Assembly (NCBI GenBank): GCA_022451885.1
Contig: JAKUNN010000029.1
Span: 1-41,214, forward strand
Direction: 5' to 3'
Source: Dehalococcoidia bacterium
GTDB taxonomy: Bacteria > Chloroflexota > Dehalococcoidia > Tepidiformales > Tepidiformaceae
DNA: 41,214 bases
Part shown: positions 1 through 8,510 of the stretch, in pieces
Numbering within the stretch: the first letter of the stretch is position 1
How the letters are laid out: each line of letters starts with the position of its first letter
Made by a program: the position numbers and the translations under genes
The notes under the pieces: generated by a model
What the model saw: the letters and a program-made list of their open reading frames with translations, nothing else
What the model was told of the DNA's origin: nothing
The model's database searches: none

Positions 1-1
1 T

Positions 2-556
2 CTTGTTAATTATGCTGGTATTTTGGATGGCCCTGGCCGAGGGAAATAAGTGTGGGAGCTAAGCGACGACGAGTGGCAAAATTCAGTCGCAGTTAATTTA
101 GACGGCACCTTTTATTGCACACGTAGCGCAATCCCGGTTATGCAACAGCAACAAAGCGGTATTATCTTAAATATAGCGAGTGGTATGGGGATGCGTGCAA
201 CACCACAGAGTCCTGGTTACGCAGCATCGAAAGCCGGAGTTATTAATTTAACTGAAACAGTTTCTGCTGCTCTTGCTCGAGATAACATACGAGTAAATTG
301 CATTACTCCTGGATTAGTAGCACAACAACCAGCCTCTAATTCGACTGAGAAACAACAGCAATTGGACCGCGGTAAATTCATCACAGTAGGACGCCTAGGA
401 GAAGCTTGGGAGCTCGGACCTCTTGCACTTTTTCTTTGCTCTGATGCATCATCCTACGTCACAGGTGCAAATTTTTGTATTGATGGTGGGGGGCTCGCAG
501 GTGGAATAGCACCTACCGGTTATAAGCCTGACATAAATGGAGTTAATGATGACTGA
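2..556 (+). pseudogene. Classical short-chain dehydrogenase/reductase (SDR), 5'-truncated by the window edge and interrupted by an in-frame TAA at 47-49
   Basis: Frame 2 reads LVNYAGILDGPGRGK*VWELSDDEW, so the NNAG-type motif sits upstream of the stop. Downstream in the same frame (ORF 50-556) are NIASGMG, the YAASK Tyr-x3-Lys catalytic motif, and IRVNCITPG. The two parts are colinear with a single SDR. Confidence 0.55.
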
Positions 557-1331
557 GTGGGAACGTCACGCTGGATTTGATCTATCTTCAAAAAAGGCTC
601 TTGTCATTGGCTTTTCAAATCCGGCAGGCGCAGCAATCGCCACATCCCTTGCCGAAGCTGGTGCACATGTTGCAACAGCTTCTTCTACTTTGGATGGAGA
701 TGAAGTTATGAATGCAAAGCGGGCAAGTAAAGCAATCAAGGCACTGGGGAAACAAACTTTTAGTCAGGGATGGGACGTAACTCTACCTGTAAATATTCAA
801 GTAGGCTTACGACAAATATGTAAGGAATTTGGGTGTCCAGATATCCTTATATACAACGCTGATTTCGCACTAACAAAACCCCTTTTAAAGACAACAGATA
901 CAGAATTCAGCAAGGTTCATCAAATTAATCTCCATGGTGCGTTTGCAACTGCGCGTTCTTACGTTCGGGAGCTTAAAGAAAATAGTGGGAAAATAATTTT
1001 TGTTAGTAATATTTTTGGCTCACGAGGCTTAAGTAATATGGCGGCATATTCAAGTGCAAAAGCAGGAATCTCAGGCCTCACAGCCTCACTAAGCCAGGAA
1101 CTGGCTCCGCAAGTTAACGTAAATTGTATAGCAAGTGGCTGGATGGATTGGACACAAGGACGAGGTATAAATTCAGTCGAAGATAATCTCTTACTAAGAT
1201 TTATTCCTTCGAGAAGATTTGGTGAGGCTTCTGAACTCAGTGCTTTAGCCGTATTGCTCTCTTCAGAGGCCGCAAACTATATCACCGGTCAAACCTTTAC
1301 TATTGATGGTGGAGTTTCCACACATTTATAA
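546..1331 (+). CDS. SDR-family oxidoreductase with a divergent cofactor-binding motif
   Basis: YSSAKAG (Tyr-x3-Lys), an upstream Ser (VSNIFGSRG) and a C-terminal ITGQTFTIDGG are typical SDR features. The N-terminal Gly motif is atypical (ALVIGFSNPAGAAIA). The start is ambiguous between ATG 537, 546 and 549; GGAG at 540-543 favours 546 or 549. It overlaps the end of the upstream SDR. Confidence 0.8.
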   Translation: MMTEWERHAGFDLSSKKALVIGFSNPAGAAIATSLAEAGAHVATASSTLDGDEVMNAKRASKAIKALGKQTFSQGWDVTLPVNIQVGLRQICKEFGCPDILIYNADFALTKPLLKTTDTEFSKVHQINLHGAFATARSYVRELKENSGKIIFVSNIFGSRGLSNMAAYSSAKAGISGLTASLSQELAPQVNVNCIASGWMDWTQGRGINSVEDNLLLRFIPSRRFGEASELSALAVLLSSEAANYITGQTFTIDGGVSTHL

Positions 1332-1373
1332 ACGTAATTTTGGTCCCCAGCTTATCTTAGTTAATATAAAAAC

Positions 1374-3728
1374 ATGAGTCAGAATCTCCCTTTAAGCGGC
1401 CTAAATGTACTTGAGCAATGTGGATGGAATGGGATTTTAACTGGACGTCTCTTGGCAGAGGCAGGCGCAAAAGTAATCAGAGCTTATCCTGAGAACCAAG
1501 ACCCTCTTGAAAAAGAAGCTCCTTTTTTTGGAAACTCTACTACTTCAATTCCAGGGACCTGGTTCAACTCAGGTAAACAATTATTTCCATTATCTGAAGG
1601 AAATCAAGGAGAAAAAGAGTTCTTAGAACTACTTAAGAACGCTGATGTTTTAATAGAAGATTGGGGTCCAACCAATAAAATTTTCCAGGCTACAGAACTT
1701 CAGAATTTACATGAAGACCTCGTCCATTTATCAATGACACCAATGGGATTGAATGGACCTTGGAACAAATTAAGCACCAATGACCTAATTCTTAGTGCAT
1801 TAAGTGGTGGTATTTCTGTAACTGGACTTCCAAACATGGCTCCTTTAAACAGTTACGGTTATCAATCCTATAATGCGGCTGGGTTTTATGGAGCAATTTG
1901 CGCTTTATCTGGCATACGACTACGTGACATAACAGGGGAATCTCAGCAAATAGACTTTTCAGTACATGAAGCAATGACAACTTGTACAGAACAGGTCCTA
2001 ATGCAGTGGTTTTTCCCAGAAGGAAGGTGGGACCCTATTGCCAGGAGACAAGGCAGTCTTCATTGGAGTGGGGGCTATGAAGTTGACCTTGATCAAAACG
2101 GAAGAGGAATCATGGTAACTTCTTCGCTCGGTCTTCAAGATGTTCTCATTCCATGGCTTAATGAAAGTGGTTTCGGGCAAGAATTGAGCGATAAGAAGAA
2201 TTTTCCGGACCTTGTTTCACTTGTAAAAAACATGCCCGTTGTGATGGATGCACTCCATGATTGGGTTTCCGCTAATGATGCTGAACACTTATTTTTAGAG
2301 GCACAATCTCGACGTTTACCATTTGGCATAGTTCGAAATATTGCTGAGGCCGTGGATAGTCCTCAGATAGAAGAACGTAAGTATTTCATCAATAAAAAGG
2401 TCCCTGAATTTGGAAATGTAAAATTTCCAGGAAATTACATGCGCTTTTCTGATAAGAATACACATCTAAGCCCTCCCACTGTGTCAAACAAGCATTGGAA
2501 ACAAACACGTAAAAAAAGAGAGCCTCAAAAAACCGATTCCTCTCTCGGGCCATTGCAAAACATAAGAATTTTAGATTTTACCCATGTTTTAGCCGGTCCA
2601 TTTGGTACCCGAATACTTGCAGATTTGGGAGCTGAAGTAATCCGCGTAAGCACAGCATCACGAAACTCTGGTGCAAACAACCCTCAACACCCCTATTACA
2701 ATTGCTGGAACCGCAATAAAAAAAGTGTCACCATAAATCTTAGTACTGAAGCAGGAAAAGAAGCTGCCAAACAATTAGCCGGAAAATGCGACATAATTAT
2801 TGAAAACTTTTCCGCAGGTGTTTTGGAACGGTGGGGATTAGATCATAAAACGTTAGCACCTAACCACCCAAAATTAAGTGTTATATCCATGGCTGGAATG
2901 GGCAACAGTGGCCCATGGAAAGATTTCGTGACCTTTGCACCAACCATCCATGCCTTAACCGGATTAACTTGGGCAACCAACTACCCAGGGAATCATGATC
3001 TTGGTATGGGATATTCGATGTGTGACCACCTTAGTGGCCTAGCTGCTGCGCTCGGCGCATTTGAAGTCTTATCCCACCGCACTAGGACTGGCAAAGGTTT
3101 ATGCATTGATTTATCGCAATACGAAATAGGTCTCGGCATGATGGCAACTTCTTATTTGGATTTTTTTGCGAACGGGCATTCTTTTGAGGCACAAGGAAAC
3201 AACCACCCATATAAAGGATGCGCACCACACGGGATATACCCATGTGAAGGCCTTGATCGATGGGTAGCAATTGCAATAGAGAACGACGACCAGTGGAAAG
3301 AGTTATGCATTCTTATGGACAAAGAGGAAATCTTCTCAACTCCACGTTTTTATAACCTTGAAAACAGATTGGAAAATCAGCATGAAATTAATGAAATTAT
3401 TACCGCATGGACAAGTACACACGATCGATATGTCATCATGGAACTCTGCCAAAAAAAAGGCATCCCTGCGGGTGTTGTTCAAGATGGGGCAGATATAGGT
3501 ACTAATGATCCTCAACTTCAAGCCAGAGGTTTTTTTCAACGCATCGAATCAGAAACATTAGGTAACCATTTAGCAGATGTTTTTCCTGCACGTTTCAATA
3601 AAAGAGCACCTAGTCCCGCACAAGGTGCTCATGCTCTTGGAAGTGATACTCTTGAAATTTTTACAGATTTAGTGGGACTTCAAACTGAAAAAGTTGCTGA
3701 TTTGATTACAGCGGGTATCCTTTCTTAA
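1374..3728 (+). CDS. Tandem (two-module) family III CoA-transferase (CaiB/BaiF type), 784 aa
   Basis: The C-terminal module has the canonical N-terminal signature IRILDFTHVLAGPFGTRILADLGAEVIRV and ENFSAGVLERWGL. The N-terminal module has a weaker copy (LNVLEQCGWNGILTGRLLAEAGAKVIRA ... IEDWGP). Each module is about 390 aa. Confidence 0.85.
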   Translation: MSQNLPLSGLNVLEQCGWNGILTGRLLAEAGAKVIRAYPENQDPLEKEAPFFGNSTTSIPGTWFNSGKQLFPLSEGNQGEKEFLELLKNADVLIEDWGPTNKIFQATELQNLHEDLVHLSMTPMGLNGPWNKLSTNDLILSALSGGISVTGLPNMAPLNSYGYQSYNAAGFYGAICALSGIRLRDITGESQQIDFSVHEAMTTCTEQVLMQWFFPEGRWDPIARRQGSLHWSGGYEVDLDQNGRGIMVTSSLGLQDVLIPWLNESGFGQELSDKKNFPDLVSLVKNMPVVMDALHDWVSANDAEHLFLEAQSRRLPFGIVRNIAEAVDSPQIEERKYFINKKVPEFGNVKFPGNYMRFSDKNTHLSPPTVSNKHWKQTRKKREPQKTDSSLGPLQNIRILDFTHVLAGPFGTRILADLGAEVIRVSTASRNSGANNPQHPYYNCWNRNKKSVTINLSTEAGKEAAKQLAGKCDIIIENFSAGVLERWGLDHKTLAPNHPKLSVISMAGMGNSGPWKDFVTFAPTIHALTGLTWATNYPGNHDLGMGYSMCDHLSGLAAALGAFEVLSHRTRTGKGLCIDLSQYEIGLGMMATSYLDFFANGHSFEAQGNNHPYKGCAPHGIYPCEGLDRWVAIAIENDDQWKELCILMDKEEIFSTPRFYNLENRLENQHEINEIITAWTSTHDRYVIMELCQKKGIPAGVVQDGADIGTNDPQLQARGFFQRIESETLGNHLADVFPARFNKRAPSPAQGAHALGSDTLEIFTDLVGLQTEKVADLITAGILS

Positions 3729-3767
3729 GAATACTTGTTACTCCAAGATTCATATAATAGGAAGCAC

Positions 3768-4982
3768 GTGAATCTCAAACTTTACACATCCCTTCATAAT
3801 GAAAAAATAACTTTTGAACCCGTTCGTAGTAACGAGGTAAGTATTTACGTTTGCGGCGTCACCCCTTACGACGTTACTCATCTAGGTCATGCGTTTTCAT
3901 ATGTTCATTTCGATGTCTTACGCAGATATCTTTTGTCTAACAAATTAACTGTGAAATATGTCCAAAATCTCACTGACATTGACGATGACATGATCATGGT
4001 TTCCAAGCGCTTGAATGGCAAGCCAATTAGTGAGATTCGTGATGAGAATGATGCACTTCTAAGAAACGACCTTGATCAGCTCAACGTTTTAAGACCAACA
4101 GTATATCCATATGCTACTGACCATATAAAAGAGATAATCACAGCAACTTCTGAATTACTGCAAAAAAATATCGCTTATGTTGTAGATGGAGATGTATTTT
4201 TTAAGGCTGAACAATTTAATAAGTACGGTAATTTAAATAATGCCACTTATGAAACATTATTAGAAAAAGAAAATCCTGAGGCAAAACAACGTGCTAAGCG
4301 CCGTGGACCTTTAGATTTTTTACTCTGGCAAAAATCTCCTGCAGATGAACCTGGTTGGGATTCCCCTTGGTCACGTGGACGACCAGGTTGGAGTATAGAA
4401 TGTACAGTCATGTCAATCTCCCACCTCGGAGAGCAAATCGATATACATGGAGGCGGAAAGGATCTTCTCTTTCCTCACCATGAGAATGAAATCGCCCAAG
4501 CAGAAAGTCTTTCAGGAGAAGCTCCTTTTTGCAATTGGTGGATGCACAACGGCATGCTCCAACTAGATGGCGTTAAGATGAGTAAATCCCTTGGCAACCT
4601 TGTTCTTGTACGAGACCTTCTGAAGACAACTGAACCGGACCATCTACGCCTCTACCTACTAAGCACACATTATCGTTCTGATGCGAATTACCAAATAGGC
4701 GATTTAGATGACATAAAAGCCCTTTATGAAAAATTTAAAGTCGCCTGCAGAAACATTCAAAATGTACAAAAACTCACATCCATTACAGAAGAGTTTCGGG
4801 ATGCAATGGATGACGATTTAAACACACCTCTCGCACTACAAAAATTATCTGAAAGCGCCAATCGAATTATAAATGGGAGCAACCAAACAGGTGAAGCTGA
4901 AGCCTTGCAAGAAGCCTTAAATATTCTAGGTTTCGCTTTCGCTGGTGCGCGAGGACCTGCACTAAACGATTTTTCCCCTTAG
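3768..4982 (+). CDS. cysS: Cysteine--tRNA ligase, short form
   Basis: HIGH-type motif (VCGVTPYDVTHLGHA), RGRPGWSIEC, FPHHENEIAQ and KMSKSLGN are present. The N-terminus VNLKLYTSL... matches the usual CysS start, and GTG 3768 is preceded by GGAAG. The longest ORF starts at TTG 3735. Confidence 0.85.
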   Translation: MNLKLYTSLHNEKITFEPVRSNEVSIYVCGVTPYDVTHLGHAFSYVHFDVLRRYLLSNKLTVKYVQNLTDIDDDMIMVSKRLNGKPISEIRDENDALLRNDLDQLNVLRPTVYPYATDHIKEIITATSELLQKNIAYVVDGDVFFKAEQFNKYGNLNNATYETLLEKENPEAKQRAKRRGPLDFLLWQKSPADEPGWDSPWSRGRPGWSIECTVMSISHLGEQIDIHGGGKDLLFPHHENEIAQAESLSGEAPFCNWWMHNGMLQLDGVKMSKSLGNLVLVRDLLKTTEPDHLRLYLLSTHYRSDANYQIGDLDDIKALYEKFKVACRNIQNVQKLTSITEEFRDAMDDDLNTPLALQKLSESANRIINGSNQTGEAEALQEALNILGFAFAGARGPALNDFSP

Positions 4983-4986
4983 TAAA

Positions 4987-6843
4987 TCAGTCAGCGTCGT
5001 CAGCTAAGTCTTCTTGACGATGAAGACTCAAACCAAGTTCCAATTCTTCAATCACTGTTTCTGCTAAATCAACTGTTGCATCCTCAGGCAAATGCCCTAA
5101 CCAGGCATCATGAGCTACCTTTTGCACTTCACCTATCCCGTGAGTAACTTCTGCTGCTGCAACTTCTTGAGTAACAGCATGCTGGCGTTGGATTAAGCGC
5201 TCTCGCAAAATATGTTTAATAAGATCTCGAGCTCTTTTTTTGACTTCTGTAAGCTCTAAGTTAGGGGCTCTTCGACTAAACAAGTATTCACGCCTTTCTA
5301 AAATAAAATCAGTACTAGTAGAGTCTTCACTATCTTGTAGCGGCTTATTCAGCCAATCAATGAAAACTTCACGATCTATTGAGTTAGTGAAAAGATCAGG
5401 AGGCAAATTTTCCACTTCATCTCGAAGCCCAGGGTTTTGAAGCATAGTTGATAATAAAACTTCATGAGCAGAAAACACTGTTTCTTCATCCGTCATACGA
5501 TTACCTTGACTCTGTTTAGAACCATTTTTAATCGCACGATTAACATACTCTTCAGCCAAACCCAGCCGACGTGCAACATCTTGTATATGTCGGCCTCTGA
5601 TTACAGGATCACGTATCACACTCAAAATAGGTTTAATTCTTTCCACCAACCTACGTGATTCCTGGGGTGTTTCAAACGGTTCATTTTCAATTATTCGATC
5701 AAGCATGAAATGAATAAACGGCACCGCTTCAGTAATCGCTTTTTCCCAAGCATTCAAATCTTTACGTACTAACAAATCAGGATCTTGCCCATCTGGTAAT
5801 AAGGCAACATACAAGTCTAAATCTGCTTTACTCGAAAAATTTTCTGCATTACGAACCGAAGCACGTGTCGTACTTTCTGTTGACATATCCAAAACCAATC
5901 GGCCTGCTCTTTCGATAGCATTCTGACCAGCCGTGTCAGGATCCAAAGCTAAAACAAGCTTATTCACGACACGCCCCAAACTCCGTGCATGCAACTCAGT
6001 TAAAGAAGTACCCATCGTCGCAACTACATTTTTAAAACCTGCCTGCCAAGAACTGACAACATCAAAATAACCTTCAACTAAAACAATTACCTCACTGTCC
6101 TTTGCAGTCTTAGTTGCTTCATTTAAACCGTAAAGAATATTGCCTTTGTCAAACAGTTTTGTTTGTGGGGAATTTAAATATTTCGGTTCACCCTCACCAA
6201 GAATCCTCCCACCTAATCCAACTAGATTTCCTCGATTGTCCTGTATGGGGAAAATAACCCGTCCTCGAAAACGATCGTAAGGTAGACCACCTTTATCAGA
6301 CTCAGCCAAAACTCCTACTGCTAAGCCTTCTTCGTCAGAAAATCCATTCTCTTTCAATTGATTTCGCAAAATTCGCCACTCATCTGGAGCCCATCCAATC
6401 TTGAAATGGTCAATGGTTTCTTGTGAGAGTCCACGGTCTTTAAATAAATATTTTTGTGCATCTTCACCATGGCTTTTTTGTAAATTCTCTTGATAAAAAT
6501 CCACAGCAAGTGATAGACAGGCATTCAACCTATCTTCTTCCTTCAAACTCTCTGGGGTACGGGGGGAAAATTGGACGCCAGCTTCGCGAGCCAAAATTTC
6601 AAGTGCTTCTCTGAAATCCATATTTTCTCTTTTTTGCAAAAAAGAGAAAATATCTCCTCCTTCTCCACATGATCCAAAACAACGCCAAGTCGCAGTTTCT
6701 TCGAAAACATAAAACGACGGTGTTTTTTCAGTATGGAATGGACATAACCCACGGTAATTTCTTCCAGATTTTTGAAGTTTTACCGTACGGCTAACAAAAT
6801 CTGTTAATGAAATTCGTTGTTTAACTTCTGCGACAGCATCCAC
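4987..6843 (-). CDS. dnaG: DNA primase
   Basis: N-terminal zinc-ribbon CPFHTEKTPSFYV...WRCFGCGEGGD-like sequence. TOPRIM region (VIVLVEGYFDV, LALDPDTAG). Size of 618 aa. Confidence 0.93.
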   Translation of the reverse strand: MDAVAEVKQRISLTDFVSRTVKLQKSGRNYRGLCPFHTEKTPSFYVFEETATWRCFGSCGEGGDIFSFLQKRENMDFREALEILAREAGVQFSPRTPESLKEEDRLNACLSLAVDFYQENLQKSHGEDAQKYLFKDRGLSQETIDHFKIGWAPDEWRILRNQLKENGFSDEEGLAVGVLAESDKGGLPYDRFRGRVIFPIQDNRGNLVGLGGRILGEGEPKYLNSPQTKLFDKGNILYGLNEATKTAKDSEVIVLVEGYFDVVSSWQAGFKNVVATMGTSLTELHARSLGRVVNKLVLALDPDTAGQNAIERAGRLVLDMSTESTTRASVRNAENFSSKADLDLYVALLPDGQDPDLLVRKDLNAWEKAITEAVPFIHFMLDRIIENEPFETPQESRRLVERIKPILSVIRDPVIRGRHIQDVARRLGLAEEYVNRAIKNGSKQSQGNRMTDEETVFSAHEVLLSTMLQNPGLRDEVENLPPDLFTNSIDREVFIDWLNKPLQDSEDSTSTDFILERREYLFSRRAPNLELTEVKKRARDLIKHILRERLIQRQHAVTQEVAAAEVTHGIGEVQKVAHDAWLGHLPEDATVDLAETVIEELELGLSLHRQEDLADDAD

Positions 6844-6879
6844 ACTTATATATTACCGATGAGTCCGAAAAGATGTTAT

Positions 6880-8460
6880 TCAATTCTCAGTATTTTCAGA
6901 TTGCACAGAAGCATTTGGGTTTGCAAGGGTAATATGTCCCAACACAGTACCTTCAATTTTAAGCACTATTTCGATGAATTCATCATCATCCTGTGGGATA
7001 GCTAGAGCTGTGAGAACTTTACTTTCGTTTGTATTTAAAGCAAGGCTCAGTGTTTTTATTAAACGTTCAGCTCCAACACTTACTTCGAGTTCTGCCGTAT
7101 TTGTCGCTACTGGGCCACCATCATTACGAACAGTTACACTCATCGTTCTACCATCTGAGGCTATTGTCGGGATTAGAGTGAGATCCGGACCATCAACTGG
7201 AGCAAAAACTAGGAAATTAGTAGTGTTATTATCTTCATTCGCCTCTTCAACATCATTAAGTGGGTCAATCGTAACTTCTACGAGTTGTTGATCCGGCAGG
7301 AGAGTGTCCAATGAAAACGAAACTTTTGTGGTGCCATTTGGATCTAGCCATACACTAAATGCCCGTTGCTGCGCATCAAATAACGGATTATAAATTGAAA
7401 CAATTAAGGGGCCACCAAATTTAGTTGTTGAAACATTACTAATTGTGACTGTTAGGGTAGTGCGATTAGCCGTAATTTCAGCATTCGATGCAAAGAAATC
7501 TGGTAAACCAGGTTCTTCAGTAGCTGTCGGAGTTGGGGTTGGGGTTGGGGTATCTCCACCATCAGAACCGTCAGCACCATTAGAACCACTATCTACAACT
7601 GGTAAAAGTGACAATAATCCACTGACCTGAAATGCAAACCTCTGTGCCCATAAACCACCCTCGCGCTCAATTTGAAGCCACTCAACATTTAAATCCTTAC
7701 CGATTACGTTAACAACTTCTCCCGGTTCTAGTACCCCTACACTTTCATATTCCAACCCCGCCCCCAAGCGCACGGTCACAGCAGTCACCACTTCAGCCTT
7801 TAAAGCTGCCTGTGTACCTAGTTCCTCTTCGGCTACAACAATTATAAAAGGATCTGAGTCGGCAACATTCCCTGATGTTGTTAGAGCTCGTACAAATAAT
7901 TCATGCTCACCTGCGAATGGAATACGCGCATATAACAAAACATCATAGTTATATTTCCCAGTTGGTAAACGAGCTAACATTTGGTCGACTCGACGGCCGT
8001 CTGCGTATAACTCAAAGCTTTCCATTGGATAATTTGAAGACACGAGCACCCTGATCGGAATATCCTCGTTCAACGACACTTTTACCCCTTCTTCAGGGGT
8101 CTTTATTTGAAAATCCGTCTGCACCACAACTAGTAATGAAGCATCATCATCACCCATATCGAGAAACCTAATCAGTAAGAAAGAAAGCAGACCAATAAAT
8201 AAAAGGGCTAAAATAACAGACAAATAAAAAATCGGCTGCCGTCTATCAGTACTTTCTGGAGTGCGGCTATGTCGTGTAGACGGTGCTATCCGATCTATGG
8301 ATGGCTTAACTTGAAAACCCTCGTTAAATGCTTGATCGGATTGAGAATCCTCAGTGGCACCTATAACAAAATTGTTTCGAGAAGCAGGGGTTACAGGTTC
8401 TTCTCCACCAATCATTGGCTCGGAATTTTCTTCAGGCTCTTTCTGTTCAGAGTCAACCAT
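6880..8460 (-). CDS. Single-pass membrane protein with extracytoplasmic SH3b-like and two CARDB-like domains
   Basis: Acidic N-terminal tail, then a hydrophobic helix (IFYLSVILALLFIGLLSFLLIRFL). SH3b-like segment (VRLGAGLEYESVGVLEPGEVVNVIG...WLQIE). TPTPTPTPT linker. CARDB-like segments ending DPLNDVEEANEDNN. Confidence 0.6.
   Translation of the reverse strand: MVDSEQKEPEENSEPMIGGEEPVTPASRNNFVIGATEDSQSDQAFNEGFQVKPSIDRIAPSTRHSRTPESTDRRQPIFYLSVILALLFIGLLSFLLIRFLDMGDDDASLLVVVQTDFQIKTPEEGVKVSLNEDIPIRVLVSSNYPMESFELYADGRRVDQMLARLPTGKYNYDVLLYARIPFAGEHELFVRALTTSGNVADSDPFIIVVAEEELGTQAALKAEVVTAVTVRLGAGLEYESVGVLEPGEVVNVIGKDLNVEWLQIEREGGLWAQRFAFQVSGLLSLLPVVDSGSNGADGSDGGDTPTPTPTPTATEEPGLPDFFASNAEITANRTTLTVTISNVSTTKFGGPLIVSIYNPLFDAQQRAFSVWLDPNGTTKVSFSLDTLLPDQQLVEVTIDPLNDVEEANEDNNTTNFLVFAPVDGPDLTLIPTIASDGRTMSVTVRNDGGPVATNTAELEVSVGAERLIKTLSLALNTNESKVLTALAIPQDDDEFIEIVLKIEGTVLGHITLANPNASVQSENTEN
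7526..7552 (-). repeat. Short coding tandem repeat ((GTTGGG)x3 on the + strand) encoding a Thr-Pro linker
   Basis: A perfect hexamer repeated three times at 7532-7549, with imperfect flanks. It translates on the minus strand as TPTPTPTPT. Confidence 0.9.
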
Positions 8461-8510
8461 CTAGTTCCACTATCGCTATAACAAGCCCTATCGGCAATTA
8501 TTATATTAAT

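Noticed and set aside
3768-4982. MshC (mycothiol Cys ligase) instead of CysS
   Set aside because: The length fits MshC, but the HHENEIAQ and DFLLWQK...EPGWDSPW motifs match CysS. No msh genes are nearby. I kept it as a check in the findings rather than as the call.
7526-7552. Tandem repeat as a possible CRISPR or non-coding repeat array
   Set aside because: It is only three hexamer units, in frame within a CDS, encoding a Thr-Pro linker. No spacer-repeat architecture exists anywhere in the window.
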